DNA from: Heptranchias perlo | Taxonomy: Eukaryota | NCBI RefSeq assembly: GCF_035084215.1 | Contig: NC_090360.1 | Location: forward strand, 14,880,001-14,944,000 | Direction: 5' to 3' | Length of the DNA stretch: 64,000 bases | Shown: positions 63,440 through 64,000 of the stretch, piece by piece | How the letters are laid out: each line of letters starts with the position of its first letter | How positions within the stretch are numbered: position 1 is the stretch's first letter | Program-made: the position numbers and the translations under genes | Notes under the pieces: generated by a model | Told to the model about the DNA's origin: nothing | What the model saw: the letters and a program-made list of their open reading frames with translations, nothing else | Databases searched by the model: none

Positions 63440-63800
63440 CTTTTCCTCTGTCCTCTCTTTAAGGCCGTGCCTCAAGCTGGGGTAGAGTTCCACAGGCAGC
63501 AGGAGTCCTCCCATACCTCACCCAAATAGCCAGTTCTCATACATAGGCCGAAGCAGTGAGTTGCAGCAGGTTGTTTGACAAAGAATGACATCGTAGTCAA
63601 GCTCAGTTCTGTCTTCACCCGATGATTGCACACAATCACTTGAGGCCACTGGCAATGGGAACGCGGCCTACTTGTTTCCTTCTCCCTAACCTAAGGCTGA
63701 CCTGGCTGGGATCAGCTAACCTTGAACAGATCAAGATTGAAACCTGGGACTTTCCAGATCTGTATGCCTCAGTTGTAGCGGCATAATTGCAATATTGCTT
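63440..63800 (-). mobile_element. AmnSINE2-like tRNA-derived SINE
   Basis: Resembles the recalled consensus (GTCCCAGGTT...GTTAGCTGATC...). Mutually similar degraded copies at 26990-27225 (+), 32200-32430, 43545-43935, 52615-53040, 59520-59720 and 60340-60535 (-). Confidence 0.55.
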
Positions 63801-64000
63801 GCTGTTGCCAGGATAGCAGGATAAAATGGTAAGTAGTGTATTATTGCACATAGCTCATACACTGCTCACATTATTATTTGGCATAGTTTGCACTGCAGTC
63901 TCTAGTCCTGGAAAAGTGCCAGTTGATGTGTAAAGTGGGTGGAGTGAACGTATTAGATGTACAGTTGGTGTGTAGAGTAGATAGAGGCTGTAGTAAGTGT

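Noticed and set aside
1-64000. CRISPR arrays, operons or prokaryotic defence systems
   Set aside because: The DNA is spliced vertebrate sequence with no regularly spaced repeat-spacer array.

Overview
Vertebrate genomic DNA, very likely from a shark or other cartilaginous fish, judged by its HER1/HE1-type, CR1, L2 and Deu-SINE repeats. There are two intact genes in the same convergent arrangement as in human: DRGX (PRRXL1) on +, with 6 coding exons from 17932 to 29990 (about 269 aa, paired-like homeodomain plus OAR), and C10orf71/CEFIP on -, with a single 3.8-kb coding exon at 53966-57769. The rest is repeat-rich, with four decayed Harbinger transposons, MITEs, many LINE/SINE fragments and a 180-N gap. 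The most notable unannotated structure is a 1.6-kb non-autonomous hAT element (27485-29110) in the last DRGX intron. It has perfect 15-bp TIRs and an 8-bp TSD, and it carries a captured, now disrupted HDHD3 gene copy (Pack-TIR type). Other leads are an apparent splice-donor shift adding 8 aa to DRGX, a possible decayed or spliced minus-strand gene upstream of DRGX, a 158-bp-arm foldback duplication and a mutated Penelope hammerhead. Repeat family names and human comparisons come from recalled consensus or protein similarity, not database searches, and repeat boundaries are approximate.
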